Origin: Bacillota bacterium
GTDB lineage: Bacteria; Bacillota; JAAYKD01
Reading direction: 5' to 3'
Length of the DNA: 64,000 bases
Assembly (NCBI GenBank): GCA_963666425.2
Contig: OY762825.2
Span: 768,001 to 832,000, forward strand
The notes beneath the pieces are model-generated. The model made no database searches and was not told the origin of the DNA. It saw only the letters and a program-made list of their open reading frames with translations. A program made the translations under genes and the position numbers. Shown in pieces: positions 1 through 9,156 of this stretch (within the stretch, counting starts at the first letter, position 1; each line of letters begins with the position of its first letter).

Positions 1-147
1 AATCATGATTTAAGCGATTCAAATATTGTTTTTCTTGCTGAAATATGATAAAATCAGATTACGCTCTTTTTTATTCGATAATACATCCTATGATAAAAGC
101 ATCAACCTTAAAACCGTCGCATTGCTGTTGATAAGGAGGATCTCATT

Positions 148-1116
148 TTGATTAGTGTGACTGACTATGCCTTAACTACTCTGACAGCCAGATATGATAC
201 GAAACCGGATCTTTTGACCTTTCTCGGCGGAGGCAGAGAAGATTCCGATGGTATTGTTTATAGCTTCCCAGTGCGCAAGGGGAAAATGGTCCTGAAAATT
301 ATCGCAATACCGCAGGATGATTTTACGACTCTCAGAAAGTTGGACACCAGATTGAGATTCGCAGATTATCTGGGCAAAGGTGGCATTGCGATCGCTTGCC
401 CTGTAAAAGATTCGTATGGCAATCTTTACGAAACTTTTTACGACCACAATACGATCTATACCAGTTATATGATGCAATTTTGCGAAGGTAAAAGCCCAAA
501 ATGCGCAGAATTAACAGGAAAAATCGCGGAGTCCTGGGGAAAATTAATCGGTAGAACACACCGAATCAGTAAAGATTTCAGCAAAAACCTGGCACCGACG
601 TCGTTATTTGGCTGGAACCAGGAAATAAATGCCCTCCGTAATCGCTGTCAAGATCCGGAGATCAAACAAAAATGGCAGGAAATGGATCAGCAATTTGACT
701 TGTTCCCGAATAGCCCCGACGACCTGGGTTTTATCCACAATGACAACCATCAAATGAACATATTGTTATCCGGCTCGGAACTGATACTGCTCGATTTCGA
801 TGTAGCCAATCTCGGCTTTTTCATGTCGGATATCGCCACAGCGCTGCAGGGGATGCTATTTGATTACGGCGGTATGCATTGTCCTTGTAGAGAACCAGAG
901 CGCATCAAGCGCTTTGTCGCTGCTTTTCTGAACGGATATGAGCAGGAGAATCACTTGGCACCTGCCTGGCTGAATCAATTTGAAACCTTTATCGCCTACC
1001 GCCGCTTGCTCTTATTTACTGTGATGCAGGATTATCTCAATACGAAACCGGATTTGAAAGAAGCCTTCAAAACAGCGCTTTTGCTAAGCCCGACTGATAA
1101 TTCTCTTTACGTTTAA
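148..1116 (+). CDS. APH/homoserine-kinase-like phosphotransferase
   Basis: AAGGAGG RBS before TTG start; HNDNHQMN (HxDxxxxN) and LLDFD kinase motifs. Confidence 0.8.
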   Translation: MISVTDYALTTLTARYDTKPDLLTFLGGGREDSDGIVYSFPVRKGKMVLKIIAIPQDDFTTLRKLDTRLRFADYLGKGGIAIACPVKDSYGNLYETFYDHNTIYTSYMMQFCEGKSPKCAELTGKIAESWGKLIGRTHRISKDFSKNLAPTSLFGWNQEINALRNRCQDPEIKQKWQEMDQQFDLFPNSPDDLGFIHNDNHQMNILLSGSELILLDFDVANLGFFMSDIATALQGMLFDYGGMHCPCREPERIKRFVAAFLNGYEQENHLAPAWLNQFETFIAYRRLLLFTVMQDYLNTKPDLKEAFKTALLLSPTDNSLYV

Positions 1117-1225
1117 ATGGAACAGAGAACAGAATGGTCCTGATGACCGGCTGACTATTGTCAAAAGAAGCACCGAACACAACTAGAATTAGCTTGTGCT
1201 TTGTGCTTCTTCTTTATACCTTGGT

Positions 1226-3895
1226 TTATTCAACAAAGATGGTTTGCTCCCCTTGCTGCCAAGTTACTGTCAAACCTAAAAACTCCAAACAGCGGATATG
1301 GATAAACGTGCGATCATTGATGATCTGCGGAGCAGTCACCGGTATACCTGTCCGGGGATTGCTGCTGTAGACGACATCATCCAATTCTACTTTGGCTTGC
1401 CCGACCCACATTTTCAATTGATGTCCGTGCAGGATAACCGTGGTACAGCGTTCGTTCTCCTCAAAGGAAATCGTACCGCCAAATGCTTCCACAACCGCCC
1501 GCAACGGAAGTAAAGTTGTGTAGTTCAATAAAATCGGTACAGTAGCACGGCCGGGGTCCACTTCCTGCAATTTACCCATCGCCAACATGGTTTCCCAACC
1601 GATACGCAGCACAAGCTGATTGGCTTTGCCAGTTAGCGGCCGCAGGACGGTCTGCCAATCCTGATAGACCATCTGTTCTCCCTTGCCGAGCTGTCCGCTC
1701 ACACCGCTGCCGAACAAGAATAAAGTGCCATCCCGTGCAAGCGCATAAGTCGCATACTCATTTGATACCGCGCTGCTGATATTTTCCATCAATTTTGCCG
1801 GTTTATTGATCTGCAGTGGGTTCTCTTCCAGCAACTGCCCGTAATTGTTGGCACCCCAGCCAAAAAGAGTTCCCTCCAAGCCAATAGCTAAACTGGTGTT
1901 TGCTTCGGCACTGACGCAGCGAATGGCATCCATCACCTTAACAGGCAGATTTTGTGGTTCATAGGTCCCAATCCCCAATTGACCGGCCGCATTGGCGCCG
2001 CAGGCAAAGACGGTGCCATCCAGCAGAACATAAAGCGTTGAGGCACTTCCTGCCGCTGCCTGGGATACCGCTTCATCCAATAACTGCGGCTTTGTGCGGG
2101 GAACGTTATCACCCAAGCCCAGCTGCCCGGCTGTATTATCACCCCAGACCCAGAGAGAATCGTCCGCTAGAATCGCCATGCTGTGCTCATCACCGGCGGC
2201 AATCGATTCTACGCCGCTCATCAATAAAACCGGTTCCTTACAGACAGTGATGGCGTCCCCCAATCCCAGCTGACCTTTGGCATTATCACCCCAGACCCAG
2301 AGTTCACCGTTTGCTTTTAAGGCCATGCTGTGGTTTTTTCCACCCACAACCTGCACGGTTGGATTGGTTTCCACCAAATAGGAAATACTGTCCGTAGCCC
2401 CGGTTAGGTTCGTTACCGTTTCTGTTTTGCTTTTCACATGCAGAGGATCGACGAACAATTGTGCCGGGATTTGGCTATTAACATTGGACCGATTGCCCAA
2501 TTGATAATGATCATTGATTCCCCAGAGCCATAAGCCGCCGTTGGTATCGATTGCAGCGCTGTGATTGCTGCCGCTGCCGATACTGCTGATGCCGCTTTTC
2601 AGCAGAGTAAGTGCACCGACTGCGACCGCGGCACCGAGTCCCAGCTGACCGGCGCCGTTCTCACCCCAAGTATAGAGCTCGCCATTCTGTTTTAGTGCCA
2701 GAACATGGCTGTTCCCGGCTGCTACTGCTTTGACATTTTGCAGAACCGCTGTCGCGGTCGCCTCTTTCAGTGGTTTGCCATTACCCAGCTGTCCTTTGCG
2801 ATTGTCCCCCACAGCATACAGAATGCCGTCCTGCTGTAATGCCAGCAGATGATATGCACCGGCTGAAATTTTCAGGATGCCATGTTGGACCACCGTAGGC
2901 GTGGCACTGCTTTTCTGATTGCCGGTCCCCAACTGGCCGAAGTCATTATTCCCCCAAGTCAGTAAGTCACCGTTCTGAAAGAGTGCCGCGGAATAATACT
3001 CACCGGCTGAAACAGCAAGCACCTTTTCCGCCAACAGTTTTCGCGGTATACTGCTTTGCAGCAGATCGCTATAGCCCAATTGACCATCTTTATTATATCC
3101 CCAGGTCCATAAAGAACCATCCTCTTTGACCGCCAGGCTGTGCCAACCGCCGGTTGCTGCAGTCACGACATTTTCCAGTACGCGCGCAGGCTTTTTCACA
3201 GCGGTCAGATTACCTAAACCCAACTGGCCATAATCGTTGCGGCCCCAGCACCAAAGTGAGTGATCGGCAGCGAGAGCCAGCACCTGATAATCTCCCGCCC
3301 AGACTTTTGCCATATTGCTCATCACCGAAGCCGGAATACTTTTTTGTGTGGTAGAATCGTTGCCCAGCTGACCGTAACTATTATCTCCCCAGGCAAATAA
3401 TTCACCCTTCACCGTCACCGCTAGGCTGAATTCATGTCCGGCAGCGATCGCGCTGACTGTTTCAAACAGCAAGCGGGTCGGTGTAGTTTGCGCTGCCGTC
3501 GTAGCAAGTCCTAGCTGGCCACGACTGTTCCAGCCCCAAACATAAATTTCACCTGTTTTTGTCAAAGCAATACTGTGAAAAGCTCCGGCCGCGGCAACAG
3601 CGATATTGCTCATAATATGCACCGGTTCGGTATGACTGATGGTATCTCCTGTCCCCAATTGATAATAACGGTTATCACCCCAAGCCCATAATTCACCGTC
3701 GTTCGTCACGGCGAGCGTATGGGTACTGCCGGCTGATAGAGATGCCCAATCATAAGTCGGCACTTCAGAAGAAGCCTTTGCCAGAGGGAGATTGCCCACC
3801 GTCAGGCTGCAGCTCAACACAATCAGTATCACAGTTCGCAGCATCCGTTTTAGCCGTCTTCCGGCTGCTTTCGCTGTCACTTCCTTCGCCTCCAT
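1226..3895 (-). CDS. Secreted RCC1-repeat beta-propeller protein with C-terminal copper-amine-oxidase-N/stalk-like domain
   Basis: Signal-peptide-like N-terminus, many WG.N..GQLG / AG..HS.A repeats, C-terminal PLRAVVEAFGG and APQIINDRTFI motifs; start moved to ATG 3895. Confidence 0.85.
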   Translation of the reverse strand: MEAKEVTAKAAGRRLKRMLRTVILIVLSCSLTVGNLPLAKASSEVPTYDWASLSAGSTHTLAVTNDGELWAWGDNRYYQLGTGDTISHTEPVHIMSNIAVAAAGAFHSIALTKTGEIYVWGWNSRGQLGLATTAAQTTPTRLLFETVSAIAAGHEFSLAVTVKGELFAWGDNSYGQLGNDSTTQKSIPASVMSNMAKVWAGDYQVLALAADHSLWCWGRNDYGQLGLGNLTAVKKPARVLENVVTAATGGWHSLAVKEDGSLWTWGYNKDGQLGYSDLLQSSIPRKLLAEKVLAVSAGEYYSAALFQNGDLLTWGNNDFGQLGTGNQKSSATPTVVQHGILKISAGAYHLLALQQDGILYAVGDNRKGQLGNGKPLKEATATAVLQNVKAVAAGNSHVLALKQNGELYTWGENGAGQLGLGAAVAVGALTLLKSGISSIGSGSNHSAAIDTNGGLWLWGINDHYQLGNRSNVNSQIPAQLFVDPLHVKSKTETVTNLTGATDSISYLVETNPTVQVVGGKNHSMALKANGELWVWGDNAKGQLGLGDAITVCKEPVLLMSGVESIAAGDEHSMAILADDSLWVWGDNTAGQLGLGDNVPRTKPQLLDEAVSQAAAGSASTLYVLLDGTVFACGANAAGQLGIGTYEPQNLPVKVMDAIRCVSAEANTSLAIGLEGTLFGWGANNYGQLLEENPLQINKPAKLMENISSAVSNEYATYALARDGTLFLFGSGVSGQLGKGEQMVYQDWQTVLRPLTGKANQLVLRIGWETMLAMGKLQEVDPGRATVPILLNYTTLLPLRAVVEAFGGTISFEENERCTTVILHGHQLKMWVGQAKVELDDVVYSSNPRTGIPVTAPQIINDRTFIHIRCLEFLGLTVTWQQGEQTIFVE

Positions 3896-3915
3896 TCTCT
3901 CTTTCGTTCTGCTGG

Positions 3916-4668
3916 TTAACCTCGTATCGCAATCAGTATGGTAGAAGGTGAATTTTCCTGCCAACTGCTGGCATCCATTCCTCCGTAAAAATCAATGACA
4001 CTGAAACCGGCTTCATTCAGCATCTTCTGCATCTGCAGCCGCCGGATTGGGTAAAGAATGATCTGTTGATAGGAAAGTTCCTTGGCATCAATCCGCAGCA
4101 ACGACAATCGGGTCGTCAGACAAAGGTCCCCTTCCGGCTGCAGTTCCAGATGACGTTTTAAACGAATCCCCACTTCGGTATTGGCCAGATCCGGCAGATC
4201 CTGCTCCTTGCTTGCTGCCAGCAGGTCATAATTGAATAACTGCATGACTAAGCGGCCGCCTTTCGTCAGCAATTTGGCTGCCTGTTGGAAAAAATCGCTG
4301 TACTCCGCTTCATCCTGCAGGACAGCGGAGGCATTATTCAAACAAAGTATGACATGATAACTGCCGTTGCTGCCAGGTAAATGCAGTAAGGGAGCAGCCT
4401 CAAATTGCAGCGCCCGCGGTACACGATCACGGTTAGAGAAAGCAATCGCTTTTGCCAACATCGCCTGTTCACTTTCAACTGCAGTCACCACAGCTCCGTT
4501 CACCGCCAAGAGATGCGCCAGTTCACCGCCGCCACAGGCTGCATCCAGCACATGAGCCGTCGAGATATTGCCGATTTCCCTGCTTAAAAAGTCTACCATC
4601 TCCAGGGACGGTTGTAGCAAAGCTGCATAATAATCAATAAACCCATTCATTAAATCGGACATTTTCAT
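3916..4668 (-). CDS. Class I SAM-dependent methyltransferase
   Basis: VLDAACGGG motif I; LLTKGGRLV. Confidence 0.8.
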   Translation of the reverse strand: MKMSDLMNGFIDYYAALLQPSLEMVDFLSREIGNISTAHVLDAACGGGELAHLLAVNGAVVTAVESEQAMLAKAIAFSNRDRVPRALQFEAAPLLHLPGSNGSYHVILCLNNASAVLQDEAEYSDFFQQAAKLLTKGGRLVMQLFNYDLLAASKEQDLPDLANTEVGIRLKRHLELQPEGDLCLTTRLSLLRIDAKELSYQQIILYPIRRLQMQKMLNEAGFSVIDFYGGMDASSWQENSPSTILIAIRG

Positions 4669-4693
4669 CCCTCCAAAATGGTTACTTTTCGAA

Positions 4694-5572
4694 TCAATCT
4701 CTTAAAAATTTCCGTGCCAGACTGAGGAACTCCTCCTTTAGAAAGAAAGAATTCTCTTTTCGATAGATCAGGGAATTGCAGCGGGCGGCAGGGATAAATC
4801 TCTCTCGATAGATCACCTGTAATTTCCCTCGTTCAATGGCTTCCTTGACCGCTCGCAGCGGCAAGAGAGAATAACCTAAACCGGCAATTGCCATTTCACG
4901 CAGCGCTTCGATGCTGTCCATCTCCATCACATTCTGGGGAACAAATTGATGCGCGGCGAAAAAGTCATCAATATAGGTACGGAAACCGGTACCGCGCGTA
5001 AAAATCAGCCAGGGTCCGACGGCGAGTTGGGCCAGGTCTTCCGTCACCAGAGATGGTGTTGCCACCAGCACCATCGCATCATGAAACAACGGTTCGATCT
5101 GTAAATGATGGTGAATGACTTTAGAACTGACTAAGCCGATATGAGCAATCCCTTCATCGACCATGCGCACTGTTTCGGTGGTTTTACCGGCAAAAACAGC
5201 CAGCTGAGCCTTGGGATAAGCGCGTCGAAAAGCAGTTAAAACTTCCGGCAATAAATAAGCTACCGTCACACTGCCCGCCGCTACCACCAAACGGCCTTGT
5301 AAAGGGTCGATCGCCTGTGCCGCTTGTTGCTGCAATTCTTCTACTTGTTGGATTACGCTGCGCGCTTGCGGTAAAATCAGTTGTCCCAGAGGGCTTAAAC
5401 TCAACTGCCTGCCTTGCCGGACGAATAATTCACCGCCCAAATCGCGTTCCAGCATTTGAATTTGTTTACTGACCGCAGGTTGGCTCAAACAGAGGATTTC
5501 TCCCGCCCGGGTCATATTGAGCGTCTCAGCGGTCCGACAAAATGCCTGCAGATGCTGAAAATCCATTTGCAT
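4694..5572 (-). CDS. LysR family transcriptional regulator
   Basis: N-terminal HTH LSQPAVSKQIQMLE; 292 aa; divergent from purA. Confidence 0.9.
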   Translation of the reverse strand: MQMDFQHLQAFCRTAETLNMTRAGEILCLSQPAVSKQIQMLERDLGGELFVRQGRQLSLSPLGQLILPQARSVIQQVEELQQQAAQAIDPLQGRLVVAAGSVTVAYLLPEVLTAFRRAYPKAQLAVFAGKTTETVRMVDEGIAHIGLVSSKVIHHHLQIEPLFHDAMVLVATPSLVTEDLAQLAVGPWLIFTRGTGFRTYIDDFFAAHQFVPQNVMEMDSIEALREMAIAGLGYSLLPLRAVKEAIERGKLQVIYRERFIPAARCNSLIYRKENSFFLKEEFLSLARKFLRD

Positions 5573-5737
5573 CCCTCCTTAAGCATTCCATATTGTTATT
5601 GTTCTATGCAAAAGTATCATTTCCCTTCTTCTAATTAGTTATGATATAATGCAAATGTTGGGTCAGGCCGGTTGACAAAGACGCCGCTGATCTACAAAGC
5701 GCTGATTCGTTCAGCAGCAAGGAAAGGAATGATTTTC

Positions 5738-7006
5738 ATGTCCGTTCGTGCGATCGTTGGTGCCCAGTGGGGTGATGAAGGCAAGGGTAAAATCGTCGAT
5801 TTACTGGCGCAGGATGCTGATGTTGTAATTCGCTTTCAAGGCGGCGATAATGCCGGTCATACTGTGGTCAACCCCTTTGGCAAATTTGCGCTGCATTTGG
5901 TTCCCTGCGGGATTTTCAATCCGAAAGTTTTAAATATTATCGGTACCGGTACGGTCATCGATCCCGCCAATTTGCTGGCAGAGCTGCGTAAACTGCATGC
6001 AGCCGGCGTGGCGACTGAAAATTTGATCATATCGAACCGTGCTCATTTATCTCTGCCTCTTTACAGCCGTCTGGATCAGCTGTTGGAAAAAGCGCGCGGC
6101 GGCAACGCACAGGGTTCCACTCTGCGCGGAATTGCACCGGTTTACGCTGCCAAAGCACTGCGGGTCGGTCTGCAAATGGGTCAAATGCTCGATCGGGAGC
6201 AATTTACCAAGGACCTGTCTGAATTACTGGAACAAGGAAATCACCTGATTAGCAGTTTTTTCGGCGGTGAATTGCTGGATGTCGCCGTCATTGTGCAGCA
6301 ATATCTCGAGTATGCCGAAGCGCTGAAGCCCTACATCAAAGATACCCTACCGGTCATGGCGGCTGCGCTGAAGCAGCAGAAAAATATTCTGCTTGAAGGT
6401 CAATTGGGTGTGATGCGCGATCTGGATTGGGGTATTTATCCCTATAGCACTTCTTCCAATCCTACCGCCGGCGGAGCAGCTTCCGGCGCCGGTATCGCAC
6501 CGCAGCAAATCACCGGTGTCACCGGCATTGTCAAAGCCTTCTCTACCGCTGTCGGAGCGGGACCCTTCCCTGTTGAACTGCAGGATGCAACCGGTGAATA
6601 TCTGCGCAATTTTGGCGAAGAATTCGGCGCCACCACCGGCCGACCACGCCGCTGCGGCTGGCTCGATTTGAATGCCTTACGCTATGCGGCGCAGCTGAAC
6701 GGATTCACCGATATTGCGATTACCAAGCTTGATACCTTGGATCAATTGAAAACACTGAAAGTCTGCACAGCCTACAAGATCGACGGCAAAATTGTCGAGG
6801 GAATGCCACTGGCCTATGAATTAACCAAGGCGGAACCCATTTATATTGAAGTAGCCGGTTGGAACTGCAGCACACAAAATGCCAGATCCTGGCAGGATTT
6901 ACCCGCTGCTACCCAAGCCTATGTGCAATTGATCGAAGAGGCCTGCGGCGTCAAAGCCAGCTGGTTATCGGTTGGGCCATCACGCGAAGCCACCTTCCGG
7001 AGATAA
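5738..7006 (+). CDS. purA: Adenylosuccinate synthetase (divergent variant)
   Basis: GAQWGDEGKGK, GGDNAGHT, GATTGRPRRCGWLD, TKLD motifs; GGAAAGGA RBS. Confidence 0.92.
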   Translation: MSVRAIVGAQWGDEGKGKIVDLLAQDADVVIRFQGGDNAGHTVVNPFGKFALHLVPCGIFNPKVLNIIGTGTVIDPANLLAELRKLHAAGVATENLIISNRAHLSLPLYSRLDQLLEKARGGNAQGSTLRGIAPVYAAKALRVGLQMGQMLDREQFTKDLSELLEQGNHLISSFFGGELLDVAVIVQQYLEYAEALKPYIKDTLPVMAAALKQQKNILLEGQLGVMRDLDWGIYPYSTSSNPTAGGAASGAGIAPQQITGVTGIVKAFSTAVGAGPFPVELQDATGEYLRNFGEEFGATTGRPRRCGWLDLNALRYAAQLNGFTDIAITKLDTLDQLKTLKVCTAYKIDGKIVEGMPLAYELTKAEPIYIEVAGWNCSTQNARSWQDLPAATQAYVQLIEEACGVKASWLSVGPSREATFRR

Positions 7007-7127
7007 ATTTACCTGCTCTTGCCGACAGCCGCTGATGATCTTGATCTGAGGCAAACAAAAAAATCCGCTTGCCTTGGTGAAAAAAAGCTGTTACAATCTA
7101 GGCAAGAGTTGATTGGAGGAAGATCGT

Positions 7128-7496
7128 ATGGCTGCTATGAAGTATTCTTTCAGTGAAAAAGGTACGTTGATTCAGATGGAAGGCAAGCAGGACCTATTGG
7201 TCAGTAAAGAAAACTTTGGACCGATGGACCTTTTTGAAGCCAGCATCGGCGCCTGAATGGGTGCGGGTATCGTAGGTTACGGTACAAAAAACCAGATCGC
7301 GATTGACGGAATCACAATGGAACTTTTTGTCGAAAGAGATCCGGAGACGAAAATGGTCAATCAAATGAGTTATCAGGTTCATTTTCCGGCAGAATTTTCA
7401 GAAGAACAAAAAGCACTGATCCTGGATAAAATGGGCCATTGTTATGTTAAAAAACACCTTTTCACGCCGCCGACGGTCACAGTCAGCGAAGTATAG
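7128..7496 (+). CDS. OsmC/Ohr-like protein with in-frame TGA (7254-7256), probable selenocysteine
   Basis: GGAGG RBS, ATG 7128; reads GPMDLFEASIGA-U-MGAG where OsmC has P.E....LGAC; second Cys HCYVKKHL; hairpin after TGA. Confidence 0.8.
7267..7285 (+). promoter_or_regulatory. Putative bacterial SECIS hairpin
   Basis: GTATCGTA-GGT-TACGGTAC, 8-bp stem (one G-U) with G-initial loop 18 nt after the TGA. Confidence 0.65.
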
Positions 7497-7509
7497 GGCG
7501 ACTGAATCG

Positions 7510-7547
7510 AAAAATCCGACACAGCCAAGCAGCGGTGTCGGATTTTT
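7510..7547. terminator. Bidirectional intrinsic terminator
   Basis: AAAAATCCGACAC...GTGTCGGATTTTT between convergent genes. Confidence 0.8.
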
Positions 7548-7548
7548 C

Positions 7549-9141
7549 TTATGCTTTGACAAATCGTTTGGGATTGCGGATGGCCTTGCCGCCGCGGACA
7601 TCGTGATAAATACCCTTGTCCCAGGTTAGTTTGCCATTCACCAGAACATAGACGATGCCATTGGGATATTCTGTCGGCTGTGTTATACTGCCGTTGGTTC
7701 CAAACGTCTCGAAGTCAAAAATCGTGAGATCTGCCCAGGCGCCGACGGCAATGCGGCCCCGGTCACTCAACCGCAGTCGATCCGCCACCATACCGGTCAT
7801 CTTATGGATGCAGGTCGCCAGGTCGAGCAATTTTTCTTGCCGCACATACTTGGCGATCGTATAGGGATAAGTTTCATAATTGCGGGGGTGCGCTTCCAGG
7901 AGATCGATCCTGCGCTCATCCACCACAAAGCTGTCGGTTCCAACCATGGAGTAGGGATGCTTCAGGATACGGGCAATATCTTCCTCTCCCATGATACCGG
8001 CAGTTTTGACTTGGCCTTCATTCTCCAGGAATAAGCGCAGCACCAGCTCGGCGTAATTACACTGCCATTTTGCCATCACCTCGCCGAGATCGAGACCTTC
8101 GAGGCCGGCTGTTGTCCGGCACCAGAGAATGCCGTTGCCCAGCACCGATTGATAACGCACCGGATTGGCTGTGGCAAAAGCAGCCAATTCCGCAGCAACT
8201 TTTTGATAAATCTCCGGGTCATTGAGCGCTTGCAGCGCTGCTTCCAGACCGTTTTGCAGCAGCCATTCCGGCATTTGGGTGGCAATGGGATAAATCTGCG
8301 TATAAGGATGCAGATAAAGATCGGATAGGATATCGATGCCTTCTGCTCTGGCCGCTTCCATCAGAGCCAGGCATTGTTTCGTCTTGCCCCAATTGCGCTT
8401 GCCGCAAACCTTCTGATGCGCCAGATGCGGTCTGGCACCGCTTTGACGGCCGACATCGATCAGATCGGCGACCGACTGTTCTACCTGCAAATCCTGATTG
8501 AAGATATGGGAATCATATAAACCGTCGTATTTGGCCACCGGACGGCTGACAGCCACAATTTCCTCGTGGCTTGCCAGAGACCCGGGCAGATAGCGGCGGC
8601 CGCTGGATAAACCATAGGCGCCGTCCTGCATGGCCTGATCAATCATCTGACACATCCGCGCCAGTTCTTCCGCGCTGGGCTCAGCGGGATTCATGCCCAT
8701 CACCTGGTAACGGATTGTGCCCTGCCCGATCAGCATGGCCAGATTGATGGCGATGCCGTCCGCTTCCAGCCGATTGAAAAAATCATCCATCGTATGCCAG
8801 TCAACGTTCACTTCCCGCTTCTCCTGTAATTTGAGACGCGCTGCTTCGGTCAGCGGTGCTTCCGAACCGCCGCATTGACCGGCCAGAACAAAAGTAATGC
8901 CCTGGCGGATGGCGCTTTCTGCTTTAGGATTGGCCAGAATAGAGCGATCGGCATGACTGTGCATATCCATGAAACCCGGGCTGACTATCAAGCCGGCTGC
9001 GTCAATTTCACGTTCCGCTTTGCCGCTTAAGGGGTAACCGATGGCTGCAATTTTACCGGCCGCTATCGCCAGATCCTGTTTCAGACCGGGAGCACCGCTG
9101 CCATCCAGCACGAAACCGTTGCGAATGATCAGATCAAACAT
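7549..9141 (-). CDS. N-acyl-D-amino-acid deacylase (D-aminoacylase) family amidohydrolase
   Basis: PGFMDMHSH, GQCG, HPRNY, ADLTIFD, VLVNG motifs. Confidence 0.88.
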   Translation of the reverse strand: MFDLIIRNGFVLDGSGAPGLKQDLAIAAGKIAAIGYPLSGKAEREIDAAGLIVSPGFMDMHSHADRSILANPKAESAIRQGITFVLAGQCGGSEAPLTEAARLKLQEKREVNVDWHTMDDFFNRLEADGIAINLAMLIGQGTIRYQVMGMNPAEPSAEELARMCQMIDQAMQDGAYGLSSGRRYLPGSLASHEEIVAVSRPVAKYDGLYDSHIFNQDLQVEQSVADLIDVGRQSGARPHLAHQKVCGKRNWGKTKQCLALMEAARAEGIDILSDLYLHPYTQIYPIATQMPEWLLQNGLEAALQALNDPEIYQKVAAELAAFATANPVRYQSVLGNGILWCRTTAGLEGLDLGEVMAKWQCNYAELVLRLFLENEGQVKTAGIMGEEDIARILKHPYSMVGTDSFVVDERRIDLLEAHPRNYETYPYTIAKYVRQEKLLDLATCIHKMTGMVADRLRLSDRGRIAVGAWADLTIFDFETFGTNGSITQPTEYPNGIVYVLVNGKLTWDKGIYHDVRGGKAIRNPKRFVKA

Positions 9142-9156
9142 GCGAGTACCTCCTCT

